DNA of 64,000 bases from Octopus sinensis (lineage: Eukaryota), in assembly GCF_006345805.1 (NCBI RefSeq), contig NC_043019.1, positions 28,643,360-28,707,359 on the forward strand. Direction: 5' to 3'. The first letter of the stretch is position 1. Every line of letters starts with the position of its first letter. Positions 25,204-38,012 of the stretch are shown in pieces. The translations under genes were made by a program, and so were the position numbers. The notes under the pieces were generated by a model. It ran no database searches and was not told where the DNA came from. It worked only from the letters and a program-made list of their open reading frames with translations.

Positions 25204-26024
25204 CATATTTAAAGCAGCTACACTGTTGAAGGCATCATAAAGAGCAGAATTCATGACCGAGATAGCATCTCTTATAGGTGTACGGTGATAAAAAAAGCCA
25301 CAGAAATATATATGATGAACAGAATTTCAAGTGCAAACCTAATGGGTTTTCTGTAGCCCAGCCATGTTTGCTTGTTGGCACAAATTGTTATGGTATAGAT
25401 TTTGAAACCTGGTTGTTCTTCACATGTAGTCTACATGCTTCCAATACAATGTCATATTGATTGCTCTTATGTATTTGAATGATAAAACAAACATGTGTAT
25501 GTATGCATATGTATAAGTATATATATATATATATATATACATATGTGTGTGTGCGTATGTGTTTTTATACATATACATACATATATATGTACATACATAC
25601 ATAAATATATATACATACATACATACATACATACATATCTGCATATATACATGCATACATACATATCTGTATATATATATATATTATATATATATATATA
25701 TATATAGGATTTAATAAAATATACATGCTCTATTTTATGAAATAGGTACATTTTCCCTCATTTGTAAATACAAACGTTCAGTAATCAATATGTATGTTTT
25801 TCTCTTTCATTCAAATACTTAGTCCATCCCAGAACCATGTTGTCTGTAACCAGCTGGTGTGCTTGCCATAATGAGTTGTTAGAAAAAAAAAATACACTTG
25901 AGCACTTGCTGAAGGACTTCCCTAAAGAGTGTGTTCGCTCATATTGGCCTGTAAACTTGGAATTCATTGACTTGGACTAGTACTTACTCTATCAACCACT
26001 GAGGATGCCAGATAAAATATATGC

Positions 26025-26098
<74 letters not shown>

Positions 26099-26135
26099 AT
26101 ATATTATACATATATACACACACACACACATATAT

Positions 26136-26170
<35 letters not shown>

Positions 26171-26864
26171 TACAAGCTTTTGATATTAATTACAATGTTG
26201 AGCACTCAGTAAATCTAGTCCTCTAAAGCTATATATATACACACACAATCATATATATATATATATATATATACATACATACATATATGTTCACCTGTCC
26301 AACATGGTGAATATATATATATATATATATATACAAAATTAGAAAATGGAGAAACATACTTATACAAACACACACATATATATGTATGATGTATATATAT
26401 ATTTATATATGTATACTAGTTAAAACACATCCACCAACAAAATCTACACACACACACATGCACAGATTGTTGGTGGATGTGTGTTAAATCTGTAGTGTTG
26501 TGTAGGCAGGGCTAAATTAAGGTCAACTGATGCCCCCAAGCGCAACATCCCAACAATAGTGTTGATTCAACCTTACCATTGTTTAACTGTCAAGCCATTG
26601 GGACACCATAAGTGCTGAATATGAAGTAATAAATTAAACATTAGATTTCTTCTAGTCTTTCCACAAAGCCAGATATTATAACTATATTAAATATCTTTTT
26701 TAATTAATGTCATTGACTTAACACAAAATAGCAATAAACAATAAAAGCAACAAAAAATGTAAACTCTTAGCAGTTTTTGTTGATTTTAATAAAAAATAAA
26801 CTGTAGTAAAAAATATAAAATTTGTACTTAGTAGATCATCCTCTTATCATCTATCCATCCATCC

Positions 26865-27100
26865 ATTCATCAATCCATCCCTGGGAGGGTCATGCAGTTA
26901 GAGTCCTCGGGCACCGCCTCTATAGTGTCCTATCAGAAGCAACCATCATTATACTTTCTGGATGGATTCCGAAGTGTGACCAACTAACACTATGGATATT
27001 ATCTAATCGTCCTGTTCTTGGGCTACCCCATGGTCTCCAATCAATTGGCTAAGCTTGAAGAACAGGTCTTGCAATCCTTTCTTACAACATTTTTATCACA
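26865..27100 (-). mobile_element. RTE-clade LINE 3' fragment (second family)
   Basis: RIARPVLQA*PIDWRPWGSPRTGRLDNI..WSHFGIHP..VASDR resembles a decayed RTE C-terminus. Confidence 0.55.
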
Positions 27101-27632
27101 TGCCTGTAGTACTGGAACTGTAGAGAGATAATGGCTTGGCCTGGAGTGACTCCCTGATCTCCAAGTTACAATCCCTTGGTAAATCAGATTCTCAAAACTC
27201 TGTGGTGCCCACTTTTTCATAGTTCTCTAAACACATACTGTATCTATCTTCACTTGAACATGAATGTTCTGTTAGAACAGACTATACTGTGGTAGATACC
27301 ATGAGAGAAACTCTCATATAGGTGCAGGAGTGGCTGTGTGGTAAGTAGCTTGCTTACCAACCACATGGTTCTGGGTTCAATCCCACTGCGCGACACGTTG
27401 GGCAAGTGTCTTCTACTATAGCCTCAGGCCGACCAAAGCCTGTGAGTGGATGTGGTAGACGGAAACTGAAAGAAGCCATCGTATATATTATTATATATAT
27501 ATATATGTATATAATATATATTATATATATATATTCTATATAAAATATTATTTGAGACAAAACCACTATTTTGCAAAACAAACAGGAAAGACTTAATCAA
27601 TACATAAAATTTAATAAATAGTCAAAAAAACC

Positions 27633-27677
27633 GCCACTACAATCGTTTCTTGTCTTGATCGACAATCTTCAGGTGGC
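27633..27677 (-). ncRNA. Minimal type-I hammerhead ribozyme
   Basis: gccac-CTGAAGA-ttgtc(gatcaa)gacaa-GAAA-c-gatt-GTA-gtggc: complete core, 5-bp stems I and II. Confidence 0.8.
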
Positions 27678-27732
27678 TTCAATAATTCAGTTACAAATTA
27701 TGACTTCATAATTTGTAACTGAATTATTGGAA

Positions 27733-27777
27733 GTCCACCTGAAGATTGTCGATCAAGACAAGAAACGATGTAGTGGC
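27733..27777 (+). ncRNA. Minimal type-I hammerhead ribozyme (right-arm copy)
   Basis: gtccac-CTGAAGA-ttgtc(gatcaa)gacaa-GAAA-c-gat-GTA-gtggc; one inserted and one deleted base relative to the left arm. Confidence 0.7.
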
Positions 27778-28501
27778 GGTTTTTTTGACTATATTAAATT
27801 TTATGTATTGATTAAGTCTTTCCTTGTTTGTTTTGCAAAATAGTGGTTTGTCTCAAATATATTTTTATAATATTTTACTATAAAATTGGATTTAATCCTA
27901 AATCTGGTTTTTTTTCCCTGTAATTTGGATATATTCCCTAATTTTATTATTATATATATATATATATATACACATATATATATATATATATACATATATA
28001 TATGTGTGTGTTTGTGTTTGTCCCCCCAACATTGCTTGACAACCGATGATGGTGTGTTTATGACCCCGTAACTTAGCAGTTCGACAAAAGAGACTGATAG
28101 AATAAGTACTAGGCTTACAAAGAATAAGTCCTGGGGTCGATTTGCTCGACTAAAGGTGGCACTCCAGCATGGCCACAGTCACATGACTGAAACAAGTAAA
28201 AGAGTAAAAGTGTATAGGCTTTTGGTGTAAAATGTGCTCTTGTTTATATTGCTATTGGGGAGAAAAATCCCCCACCATCTCCAGCACCAGAACCACCTGG
28301 AAATGACTGGGATTTATCTCCCCACTAGTAACAAACAAGAGTGCATTTTGCACCAAAAGCAAATAGAGTTTCTCTCATAGTATCTTACCACAGTATAGCC
28401 TGTTCTAAGAGAACATCCCTACTTAAGTGAGGATAAATATTACCTCTCGGTATTAATGCAGCCTCTGTCAGTACTCTATATTAACACACAGTTTTGTTTA
28501 A

Positions 28502-28724
28502 CCCCTGGCAGCCGGATTTAGTACTGACAGTCTTTGCTGTGTACTGGTATTAGGCCATTCAGTAACCGCAAATTTTTCATACAAGGAATTTTACAGTGTA
28601 TTCACTGGTTTTTCCCAGTGTGGTATATTTGAAAGCATGTTACCACACAGAGCAAGACATTGCTCTGCTCACACACACATACAGTGTTTCAATGCAGTCA
28701 GTACCACTTCCTGTTTGCAAGGGG
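28502..28724. mobile_element. piggyBac-like MITE
   Basis: TTAA|cccctggcagccgga ... tcctgtttgcaagggg|TTAA. Confidence 0.7.
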
Positions 28725-28899
28725 TTAATTGTTATTGCAGGCATATTGTTTTGGGTGTTGGTAGCTTTCTTGTTGTTTAATCTCTTTGTGTGTTTCTTAC
28801 AGGTTTGCTGGATGTGTCTTACTCTGGAGTGTTCATTGTTTGTTTTGAAATCCATCTAAAATAATGCACTTCATAAAATTAGTGACTTTAATTCCTTTA

Positions 28900-29115
28900 T
28901 CTTCATGCTTGACATTTTTCAGTCGTTGGACTGTGGCCATCCTGGAGCACTACATTGTAGGGTTAAGACGAACAAATCGACTCCAGTATTTATTTTAAGT
29001 CTGGTACTTATTCTGTCAGTCTCTTTTGTCAAACCACTAAGTTACAAGAATGTAAACAAACCAACAATGGTTGTTGAATGGTGGTAGGGGAAAACAAACA
29101 CAAAGACATACATAC
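28900..29115 (-). mobile_element. SINE B module
   Basis: Decayed reverse B. Confidence 0.75.
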
Positions 29116-29798
29116 ATATATGTATACATACATATATGTATACATACATATATATCTGTATGCCATGCATCCATTTTCAAGTAAGTTTATCTTAGCCTTT
29201 TTTTATGTGACCCTACTCTAAACTGTCTTCTCCCCATCCTTCTCTAATTCCCTTTTCTCCCTTTCACCGTTTTCTATCTATCTCTCTTTCTCCTCCTCTT
29301 TCTCTTTTTCTCTCTCTCGTTGCTCACATGTGACCATTGTCCATCTTCCCTTTCCTCACGTGACCATCTTTCTTTTCCTGCATGGACATTCTAAGGACTG
29401 GAGGTCTCCTATCTTTTCTCTTTCCCAAGAAAATATTTCTCTCAGCATTTACTATTTTCCCCTCATTCTGGTCTAACAACCCTACGTGTTTGTTTTCATT
29501 TGGTTTCCCTGTATGTCTCCACTGTCCTGCTTTTGTTCCCAACTTTGACCCTCCATAAATTCACAATTTTATTTTAGTATTTATAGGAGCAACTGTCTTC
29601 AAGGACTCATATTGTGATTGATTGCTCGAAATGTGGAGTAGATGGACAGCCAACAACTGATGAAGAGTTGTTCTTTGTATTACTCGTCCTGTTTTCCATT
29701 TTTTCTCTCACTGTTTGTGTATTTAACTCATATATTTTCATATTTCATGTTTACTGTTGGTGACATCCTGTACCCAATATATATATACACACACATAT

Positions 29799-29889
<91 letters not shown>

Positions 29890-29929
29890 TATATTATTTA
29901 TATTATTAGATATATATATATATATAAAA

Positions 29930-30328
29930 TTTGATGACTGGCATCCATGCTAGTGGAGCGTTAAGAGCACCATCTGAGCATGATCGTTACCAGCGTCACC
30001 TTAATGGAACTTGTGCCGGTGGCACATGAAAAAACATTCGAGCGAGGTCGTTGCCAGTGCTGCTGGACTAGCTCCTGTGCAGGTGGCATGTAAAAAACAC
30101 CATTTGAGCATGGCCGTTACCAGTACCGCCTGACTGGCCCTCATGCCGGTAGCACGTAAAAGCACCCACTACACTCTTGGAGTGGTAGGCGTTAGGAAAG
30201 GCATCCAGCAGTAGAAATTCTGCCAGATCAAGATTGGAGCCTGGTGCAGCCATCTGGTTCGCCAGTCCTCAGTTAAATCGTTCAACCCATGCTAGCATGG
30301 GAAGCAGACGTTAAACGATGATGATGAT
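29930..30328 (+). mobile_element. RTE 3' UTR fragment (family E)
   Basis: ggtggcatgtaaaaaacacc units; ends gacgttaaacgatgatgatg. Confidence 0.88.
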
Positions 30329-30654
30329 ATATATATTGCTGATGTCATAACAATTTCATAAACTTTTGAGAGAAAGTTAAATGATTCTTTTTCGAATGAT
30401 ATAACTTGAAGTACATGCATAAAGCTGTAAACAACAGCATGTAAGTATTGAGTTGAAAAACCCCTCCAGCCTTCAACTTTTTCTATCCAAAAGAGTTTCT
30501 ACTACAGTCTCAGGCTGATCGATGTCTTGTGAGTGCATTTCGTAGATGGAAACTGTGTGTAAACCTGATATCTATTTATCTCTCTATCTGTCTTTATATC
30601 TATGTATGTATATATGTGTGTGTATATATATATATATCTATATATATATATATA

Positions 30655-30957
30655 AAATTAATTAAGGGTAGAAATTGATATTTAGCAATTAAGACCAGTG
30701 GTCTAGCATATTAAAAAAGAATCCGAAGATTAAAATAATATATAGACCAATTAAGGACTGAACACGAAAAGTGGACAGTCAACATGCTAGATATAGACGT
30801 CAAATCGCCATTCACCACAAAAGATTATGTTCTCAGATCAAACTCAACACAAGTTTGAGTTTGATCTGAGAACATAATCTTTTGTGGTGAATGGCGATTT
30901 GACGTCTATATCTAGCATGTTGACTGTCCACTTTTCGTGTTCAGTCCTTAATTGGTC

Positions 30958-30963
<6 letters not shown>
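30655..30963. mobile_element. Fold-back palindrome (~110 bp arms) in (TA)n
   Basis: Arms 30739-30848 and 30853-30963; left arm continues unpaired to 30655; (TA)n on both sides. Confidence 0.75.
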
Positions 30964-30988
<25 letters not shown>

Positions 30989-31029
30989 TATTATATATGT
31001 ACATTCATACGCAAACACACACACAGATA

Positions 31030-31182
31030 GTAGGCTTCCACACAGTTTGTCTACCAAATTCACTCACACAACATTGATTAGCCTGAGGCTATAGTAAAAG
31101 GCATTAGCCCAAAGTACTATGCAGTGGGACTGAACCTGAAACCACAGAGTAGCAAAGCAAGCTTCTTGACCACACAGCCAAT
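31030..31182 (-). mobile_element. SINE A module
   Basis: Decayed reverse A. Confidence 0.75.
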
Positions 31183-31635
31183 TATTTTTCTAAAAATTCT
31201 TTTTACTGATTTATTCTTTGTATTCATTTTCTTCTTCTTCTTTCTATATTTTATCCTTTGTTAAACCTCAGTACAGCAGACCTATGAACAAAAGATATTC
31301 CACACTTGACCATCACATCTTTTTTTATGTTTTTCAGATACACCATAACCAACATGTCTTGTTTCCTTTATCTTTTTTTTAAGCAGGTAAGTTGTTATTT
31401 GAGGTTCATGTGGTTACCATTTTCAGAAATTCCAGCTACTACATGGAATTCCCACATTGAATTGTTCCTATCCTTTGTGCCTTTATTGTTTGTCATGCTC
31501 AGCTCTGAATCAGCAGATTTGTGATCAAAATACCTTTCCAGCCTGTAACCAGAGACCATTTCTTATTTACTCAGATATCAATTACTTTTGCACTGTGTAG
31601 TTTATATATAAAATGTATGCGAGGGTTATACCCAT

Positions 31636-31785
31636 GGGCAAGGTGTATCTGTGTGGTTGAGAGACTTGCTTCATGATCATGCAGTCCCAGGTTCAGTCCC
31701 ACTTTGCAATACTTTGGACAGGTGTCTTCTGCCATCCAGTGCTCCGTGAGTGAATTTGGTAGGTGGAAACTTGAAAGAAGTTTGT

Positions 31786-31790
<5 letters not shown>
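31636..31790 (+). mobile_element. SINE A module
   Basis: Decayed A followed by (TG)(TA)n. Confidence 0.75.
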
Positions 31791-31842
<52 letters not shown>

Positions 31843-32047
31843 GTGTGTATATGTGTGTGTGTATATATATATAAAGAAGTTAAAAATGCATTGTGTATGT
31901 AGAACATGCCAGCTAGCAGTGAATCATGACTGTTAAATGGCAGAATCTACGTAACTGTTGTATGGTTAGGAAAAAGATATTTAAATAGCTAAATTTGATG
32001 CCTTGTCCTGATTCCACATGATGGTTATAAATGAGCTTCACTGTCGT

Positions 32048-32734
32048 ACAAGGGATGTTTTTCATATTGAGTCTTCCGTAGATAAACTTGTCAGACCATG
32101 GGGAAATATTGCCTAAGTTTGCCTAAGACTGATTAAAACTGTATGTAGATCTAGATTATTTTTTTAAAGACAGTTAAGGAGTGAGTTGAAGGAGACTTAG
32201 TCGCTATTCCTAGCAGGTCAAGAAATCTAGTAGAGATTCTCACATTAGCTTGCTTTTCTTTTTGTTGTAACAAATCCTACAAGGATGTTTTTCATATTGA
32301 GTCTTCTGTTGATAAACTTGTCAGACCATGGGGAAATATGCCTAAGTTGCCTAAGACTGATTAAAACTGTATGTAGATCTAGATTATTTTTTTAAAGACA
32401 GTTAAGGAGTGAGTTGAAGGAGACTTAGTCGCTATTCCTAGCAGGTCAAGAAATCTAGTAGAGATTCTCACATTAGCTTGCTTTTCTTTTTGTTGTAACA
32501 AATCCTACAAGGGATGTTTTTCATATTGAGTCTTCTGTTGATAAACTTGTCAGACCATGGGGAAATATTGCCTAAGTTTGCCTAAGACTGATTAAAACTG
32601 TATGTAGATCTAGATTATTTTTTTAAAGACAGTTAAGGAGTGAGTTGAAGGAGACTTAGTCGCTATTCCTAGCAGGTCAAGAAATCTAGTAGAGATTCTC
32701 ACATTAGCTTGCTTTTCTTTTTGTTATAACAAAT
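32048..32734. repeat. Near-identical tandem triplication of a ~230 bp unit
   Basis: Units start at 32048, 32279 and 32507. Confidence 0.95.
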
Positions 32735-33254
32735 GAATCGGTCATTTCAGAGGTTGTTGCTGTTGTTTAGTCTCTAGATCAGTACTAACTGAGCAGAGCT
32801 CTGACATATCAGTCCAAACAATTAAACATGATATACTGGTCTATTGTTCCACATATAGATTTATGTGTTGTAACTGGGTCAATAACATGAATTCAGATTA
32901 AATTCAAGGATGGTTTACCTAATGCCTTACCTACCTGCCTACTTACCTACCTATGTCACTACCTACCTCCCTACCTAACTACATACATAGCTATATACAC
33001 ACATGCATACCTACCTATATATTAACTTACCTACCAATCTACATACATGCATACATGTCTACCTACCTATACACATACATATATGCATACATAATACATA
33101 CTTACATCCATACATGTTTGTGCATATATACAAACACACATACATACATACATACACACATCTAATCATACATATCTACATGCATGCATATCTATATTTA
33201 TTCTTTTATATGCTTAAGCCCTTAGGCTGTGGCCATGCTAGGGCACCACCAGTG

Positions 33255-33340
<86 letters not shown>

Positions 33341-33369
33341 ATATATGTATATATCTATCTATATATATA

Positions 33370-33401
<32 letters not shown>

Positions 33402-33693
33402 TATTATATATATATATATATATATGCATATATATTATATATATATATATACGAACACACCTACATATGTACAAACATGCATACATACATACATATATTT
33501 GTACATTTAATATTGCTAATACAGTAATCCCTCACCATATCGCGGTTCACCTATTTTGGTTCACCTACTGCAGTTCACCTATTGCAGCTTATTATTTAAG
33601 CTGACGTTGATTCCTCTGTGGTGTCGTTTCGCAATTATAATAAAAAATATCTATATAAATTATAAAAATAATTTTAAAAAATATATAGTGCAG

Positions 33694-34333
33694 CATTGGT
33701 TCTCAAAGTGGTGGTCCGTGGACCAGCACCAGTCTGCGAGCCATCAGCTGCCAGTACATGGCAAGTTTCCTGAAAAGAAAGAGACATTGAAAAATGCCTA
33801 TGTAATATTGTATTATTTGTTTACAAAATAAATGTAAGAAAAAAAATTGTTTACTTTTATCATATTCATTACCAGCACTGTGACCCGGCGTTGCCGGGTC
33901 ATAGTGCTAGTGCATGCATATACAGCTGCATGCGTGCACACATACACGCGAGTACTGTCCAAATCTCTGACGAATCACATACAGCTAGCTGGCATTCAAT
34001 TGGCGTATCAAGTTTCAGGCATTTTGATTGGGTTTTGGATGAAAAATTCACAAAAAAGTCACTTCTATTGATATTTTAATGCCGTTGAGGGGTGACTGGG
34101 GAAATGTAAAGATGTGCACGACCACCCTTGGACGGTTTTGAATGACCATAGAAAGTGCGAGCCCTCTAACTGAAAAATTGTGGATTTGTATAAAGGACAC
34201 ACACACAGACATTTTGCCGTTTATATATATAGAGATATATATTGTTTCTGGTATAAATTAATATTACTGGTCCTTGGCACAGTGGGGGAAAAAAACTGCT
34301 GGTATGCCACATTAGATAGCTTGAGAAGCACTG
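33694..34333. mobile_element. hAT-like MITE hosting a Helitron
   Basis: cattggttctcaaa ... ttgagaagcactg; imperfect 8-bp TSD tagtgcag/cagtacag. Confidence 0.65.
33872..34235 (-). mobile_element. Helitron-like element, family 1
   Basis: 5' TCTCTATATATATAAA; 3' palindrome gcactatgacccggc-aac-gccgggtcacagtgc followed by TGG|T. Confidence 0.85.
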
Positions 34334-34627
34334 CAGTACAGTACTGTTCCTCTTTCGCGGATTTTCACCTATCACAGTGGGGTTTGGGAACGTAACACTC
34401 GTGATAGTCGATGAATTATTGTACATTCGTGCACACACATTTGCACATATACACACCTACTATTAAATTTTATACATTTATAAATACCAGTTTGAGAGTT
34501 AAAAGCTGAACAGTAAACCCATTAACAGTCCTTGGAACTCAATTCACTTGCCTGAAAAATTAATGTTTGTAATATTTTAGTGTTTCATACTTGCCATTAG
34601 TTTCTTTAATAAGATTAAATTATTACC

Positions 34628-35032
34628 CTTTTACTCTTTTACTTGTTTCAGTCATTTGACTGCAGCCATGCTGGAGCACCGCCTTTAGTCGAGCAAATCG
34701 ACCCCGGGACTTATTCTTTGTAAGCCCAGTACTTATTCTATCGGTCTCTTTTGCCGAACCACTAAGTAACGGGGACGTAAACACACCAGCATCGGTTGTC
34801 AAGCAATGCTAGGGGGACAAACACAGACACACAAACACACACATACATATACATATATATACATATATACGACAGGCTTCTTTCAGTTTCCATCTACCAA
34901 ATCCACTCACAAGGCTTTGGTCGGCCCGAGGCTATAGTAGAAGACACTTGCCCAAGGTGCCACGCAGTGGGACTGAACCCGGAACCATGCGGTTGGTAAA
35001 CAAGCTACTTACCACACAGCCACTCCTGCGCT
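34628..35032 (-). mobile_element. SINE A/B, near consensus
   Basis: Full reverse copy. Confidence 0.92.
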
Positions 35033-35240
35033 ATGTGTTTGAAGGTTTAAAATCTGTCATGGTACTGATTCAGAAAGTGACACATATAACCCTAAAAACG
35101 CTGACATACATACAATACATATTTGTCAGTTACTTTATGATCAGGCTTATATAAAGAATACAAATGAGGTTGGAGGTGTGCTACATACTATATGTATGTG
35201 GGTGTGTGTGTGTGTGTATACATACATATATATACACATA

Positions 35241-35471
35241 AGGCGGCGAGCTGGCAGACACGTTAGTGCGCCGGGCGAAATGCTTAGCGGTATTTCGTCT
35301 GTCGTTACGTTCTGAGTTCGAATTCCGCCGAGGTCGACTTTGCCTTTCATCCTTTCGGGGTCGATAAATAAAGTACCAGTTTCGCACTGGGGTCGATGTG
35401 ATCGACTTAATCCCTTTGTCTGTCCTTGTTTGTCCCCTCTATGTTTAGCCCCTTGTGGGTAGTAAAGAAAT
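35241..35471 (+). mobile_element. SINE C, near consensus
   Basis: ggcggcgagctggcag..gtagtaaagaaata. Confidence 0.92.
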
Positions 35472-35523
<52 letters not shown>

Positions 35524-35550
35524 GTGTTTGTGTGTGTTTATATATGTATT

Positions 35551-35584
<34 letters not shown>

Positions 35585-35708
35585 TATACATATACATACA
35601 TACACACATATATATATATATACGCACACATGCACTTGCACATACATACATGTATGTATGTATATGGATTAGCTGGCTGATATATTTACCATATTTTCCA
35701 ATATGCAG

Positions 35709-36185
35709 ATTGACCACAGTCTCCAGTAGCTTCACATAGCTATCTTGACTGAATCTTAATCCCTGTTCAAAGATGTAAGGTGGCATGATGTCACTGTCAC
35801 TGGAGACACACCCAAAGACCATCACAGTTTTGAGGAACTTGGTTTTCATGATACATGGGACATCACATAGATTGTAGGCAAGCCACTTGTTGTTCTGGAT
35901 GTTGTGCAACTGGTCCTGACAGAAGTCCTTTTTACTGGGAAGAACCAGATCATCCCTGGCTCAACAGAAGGGTTCAGAGTATTCAAGCAGTTCCCCTTGG
36001 CCTTCGCTGTCAGAATTTGTCCTTTGTACCTCTTGTATGAGCGATAATAAAATCCTCATTCAGGGCCAGCTTCATGGTGCCTATTCCAACATCCATTTCT
36101 CTCACCAAAGCCTGGATTCCCTTGCATGGATCTTCCATCACCTTGTCCTGCAGTTGTTTGATGAATTTTGGCAGTTGGATGCAAT
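35709..36185 (-). mobile_element. maT-type transposase N-terminal/central fragment (pseudogene)
   Basis: KFIKQLQDKVMEDP..MKLALNED..PGMIWFF.., then HNIQNNKWLAY..VPCIMKTKFLKTVMVFGCVSSDSDIMPPYIFEQGLRF..YVKLLETVV. Confidence 0.8.
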
Positions 36186-36189
36186 CAAT

Positions 36190-36295
36190 AGATAGATAGG
36201 TGTTGATAAATAGATAGATAAATGTTGATAGGTTGGTAGGTAGCTAGATAGATGATAGAGAGATAGATAGATGATTGATTGATAGATAGATGATT

Positions 36296-36347
<52 letters not shown>

Positions 36348-36420
36348 CATACATACATACATAGATAGATAGATAGATAGATAGATACATAGATACATAG
36401 ATACATAGATAGATAGATAG
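36190..36420. repeat. (GATA)n/(TACA)n microsatellite
   Basis: Direct inspection. Confidence 0.95.
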
Positions 36421-36845
36421 GTGGGGAGAGAGATTCTTGTATGGTATCAGAGTATGAAATTCATTGTGAAATGAAGAGAAAAAGTGAAAACTGACTTTAA
36501 ATGAGAGAAAAAGTGAGGGAAAGCTGTTGACAGAGAGAAAGGGAAAGAGAAAGACAGAGGAAGGGAGGGAAGGAGGAGTGGGAAGAGAAGCAATAATAAA
36601 AGAATGAGTGTGTGAGAATAAAGAAGGAAAGTGAGAAGAAGGAAAAAGAAGAATTGTGAAGAAACAAAAGGAAGCAAATAATATAGTAACCAATCAACAA
36701 AAGCAGAAATTTATTACTGAAACGAGGTAGAAATAATGACATTCACATAACTTTTGATTATGGGACATTATATATATATACATATGGTGTGGGTGTATAC
36801 TTATGTAGCCATGCATGTATATAAATAAAATCATGTGTATATATA

Positions 36846-37195
36846 TGGCACGTAAAATGCACCAATCCGACCATGGCCGTTGCCAGCCTCACCTGGCACG
36901 TAAAATGCACCAATCCGACCATGGCCGTTGCCAGCCTCGCCTGGCATGTAAAATGCACCAATCCGACCATGGCCGTTGCCAGCCTCGCCTGGCACCTGTG
37001 CAGGTGGCATGTAAAAAGCACCCACTACACTCACGGAGTGGTTAGCGTTAGGAAGGGCATCCAGCTGTAGAAACATTGCCAGATAAGACTGGAGCCTGGT
37101 GCAGCCTTCTAGCTTCCCAGATCCCCGGTCGAACCGTCCAACCCATGCTAGCATGGAGAACGGACGTTAAACGATGATGATGATGATGATGATGT
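36846..37195 (+). mobile_element. RTE 3' UTR fragment (family E) with 3 x 47 bp units
   Basis: ggcacgtaaaatgcaccaatccgaccatggccgttgccagcctc x3; (GAT)n tail. Confidence 0.9.
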
Positions 37196-37611
37196 ATGTG
37201 TGTGGTTATACACATACACACACATAAATACATAAGTATATACATATATATATACAGGCATATACATACACATACATATATATGTAAACACATTTTGGAG
37301 GTGTACTTGTTTGACAAGTAAATTGATCATATATGTGTGTGAGCGTGGGTGTGTGTTGTGTGCGCACATGCAAATGAGATAGACACGAACATTACAAAAC
37401 ACGTCTTAATTCATCTAATTGAAGTTTTTATCCCCCTGAATGCTCTGCAACAAATTCAAAATTAGTCGGGACAGAGACCACTCTCTCTCCCTCTCACTCC
37501 TTCACGCTCTCAGTAAACTGTTGAATAATAAATATGAAACTCTACATTCATACTACAGTAATCAACTTAGACTGAACAAGTTTTTGCAAAGACTATATAT
37601 AATTTAAATAT

Positions 37612-38012
37612 AGGCGCATGAGTGGCTGTGTGGTAAGTGGCTTGCTAACCAACCACATGGTTCCGGGTTCAGTCCCACCGCGTGGCATCTTGGGTAAGTG
37701 TCTTCTGCTATAGTCCCAGGCCGACCAATGCCTTGTGAGTGGATTTGGTAGACGGAAACTGAAAGAAGCCTGTCGTATATATGTATATATATATGTATGT
37801 GTTTGTGTGTCTGTGTTTGTCTCCCTAGCATTGCTTGACAACCGATGCTGGTGTGTTTACGTCCCCGTCACTTAGCGGTTCGGCAAAAGAGACTGATAGA
37901 ATAAGTACTGGGCTTACAAAGAATAAGTCCAGGGTTCGATTTGCTCGACTAAAGGCGGTGCTCCAGCATGGCCGCAGTCAAATGACTGAAACAAGTAAAA
38001 GAGTAAAAGAGT
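37612..38012 (+). mobile_element. SINE A/B
   Basis: Near-consensus full copy. Confidence 0.92.

Larger units (their letters stand above)
27539..27869. mobile_element. Fold-back palindrome (~165 bp arms, 2-nt apex), Penelope-like terminal-repeat type
   Basis: Arms 27539-27703 and 27706-27869; right arm continues unpaired to (TA)n at ~27955. Confidence 0.8.
27319..28212 (+). mobile_element. SINE A/B with a palindromic insert in its (TA)n spacer
   Basis: A 27319-27482, B 28005-28212. Confidence 0.85.
27243..28437. mobile_element. TA-flanked fold-back MITE (~300 bp) interrupted by SINE A/B
   Basis: 27241-27316 is the reverse complement of 28365-28439; 28218-28360 is itself palindromic; the SINE is flanked by tatagg on both sides. 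Confidence 0.75.
33522..34421. mobile_element. Tigger-like MITE hosting nested elements
   Basis: TA|cagtaatccctcaccatatcgcgg ... gtgatagtcgatgaattattg|TA. Confidence 0.6.

Noticed and set aside
29630-29700. Hammerhead at ctgatgaagag (29659)
   Set aside because: No downstream GAAA or stem III; at best a scrambled relic. The ctgatga hits at 14683 and 49444 also lack stems
22752-36185. 13-kb inversion splitting one maT copy into two opposite-strand halves
   Set aside because: The two fragments overlap in protein coordinates and differ there (NTESYIKCLKEVV vs SQDSYVKLLETVV), so they are separate subfamilies
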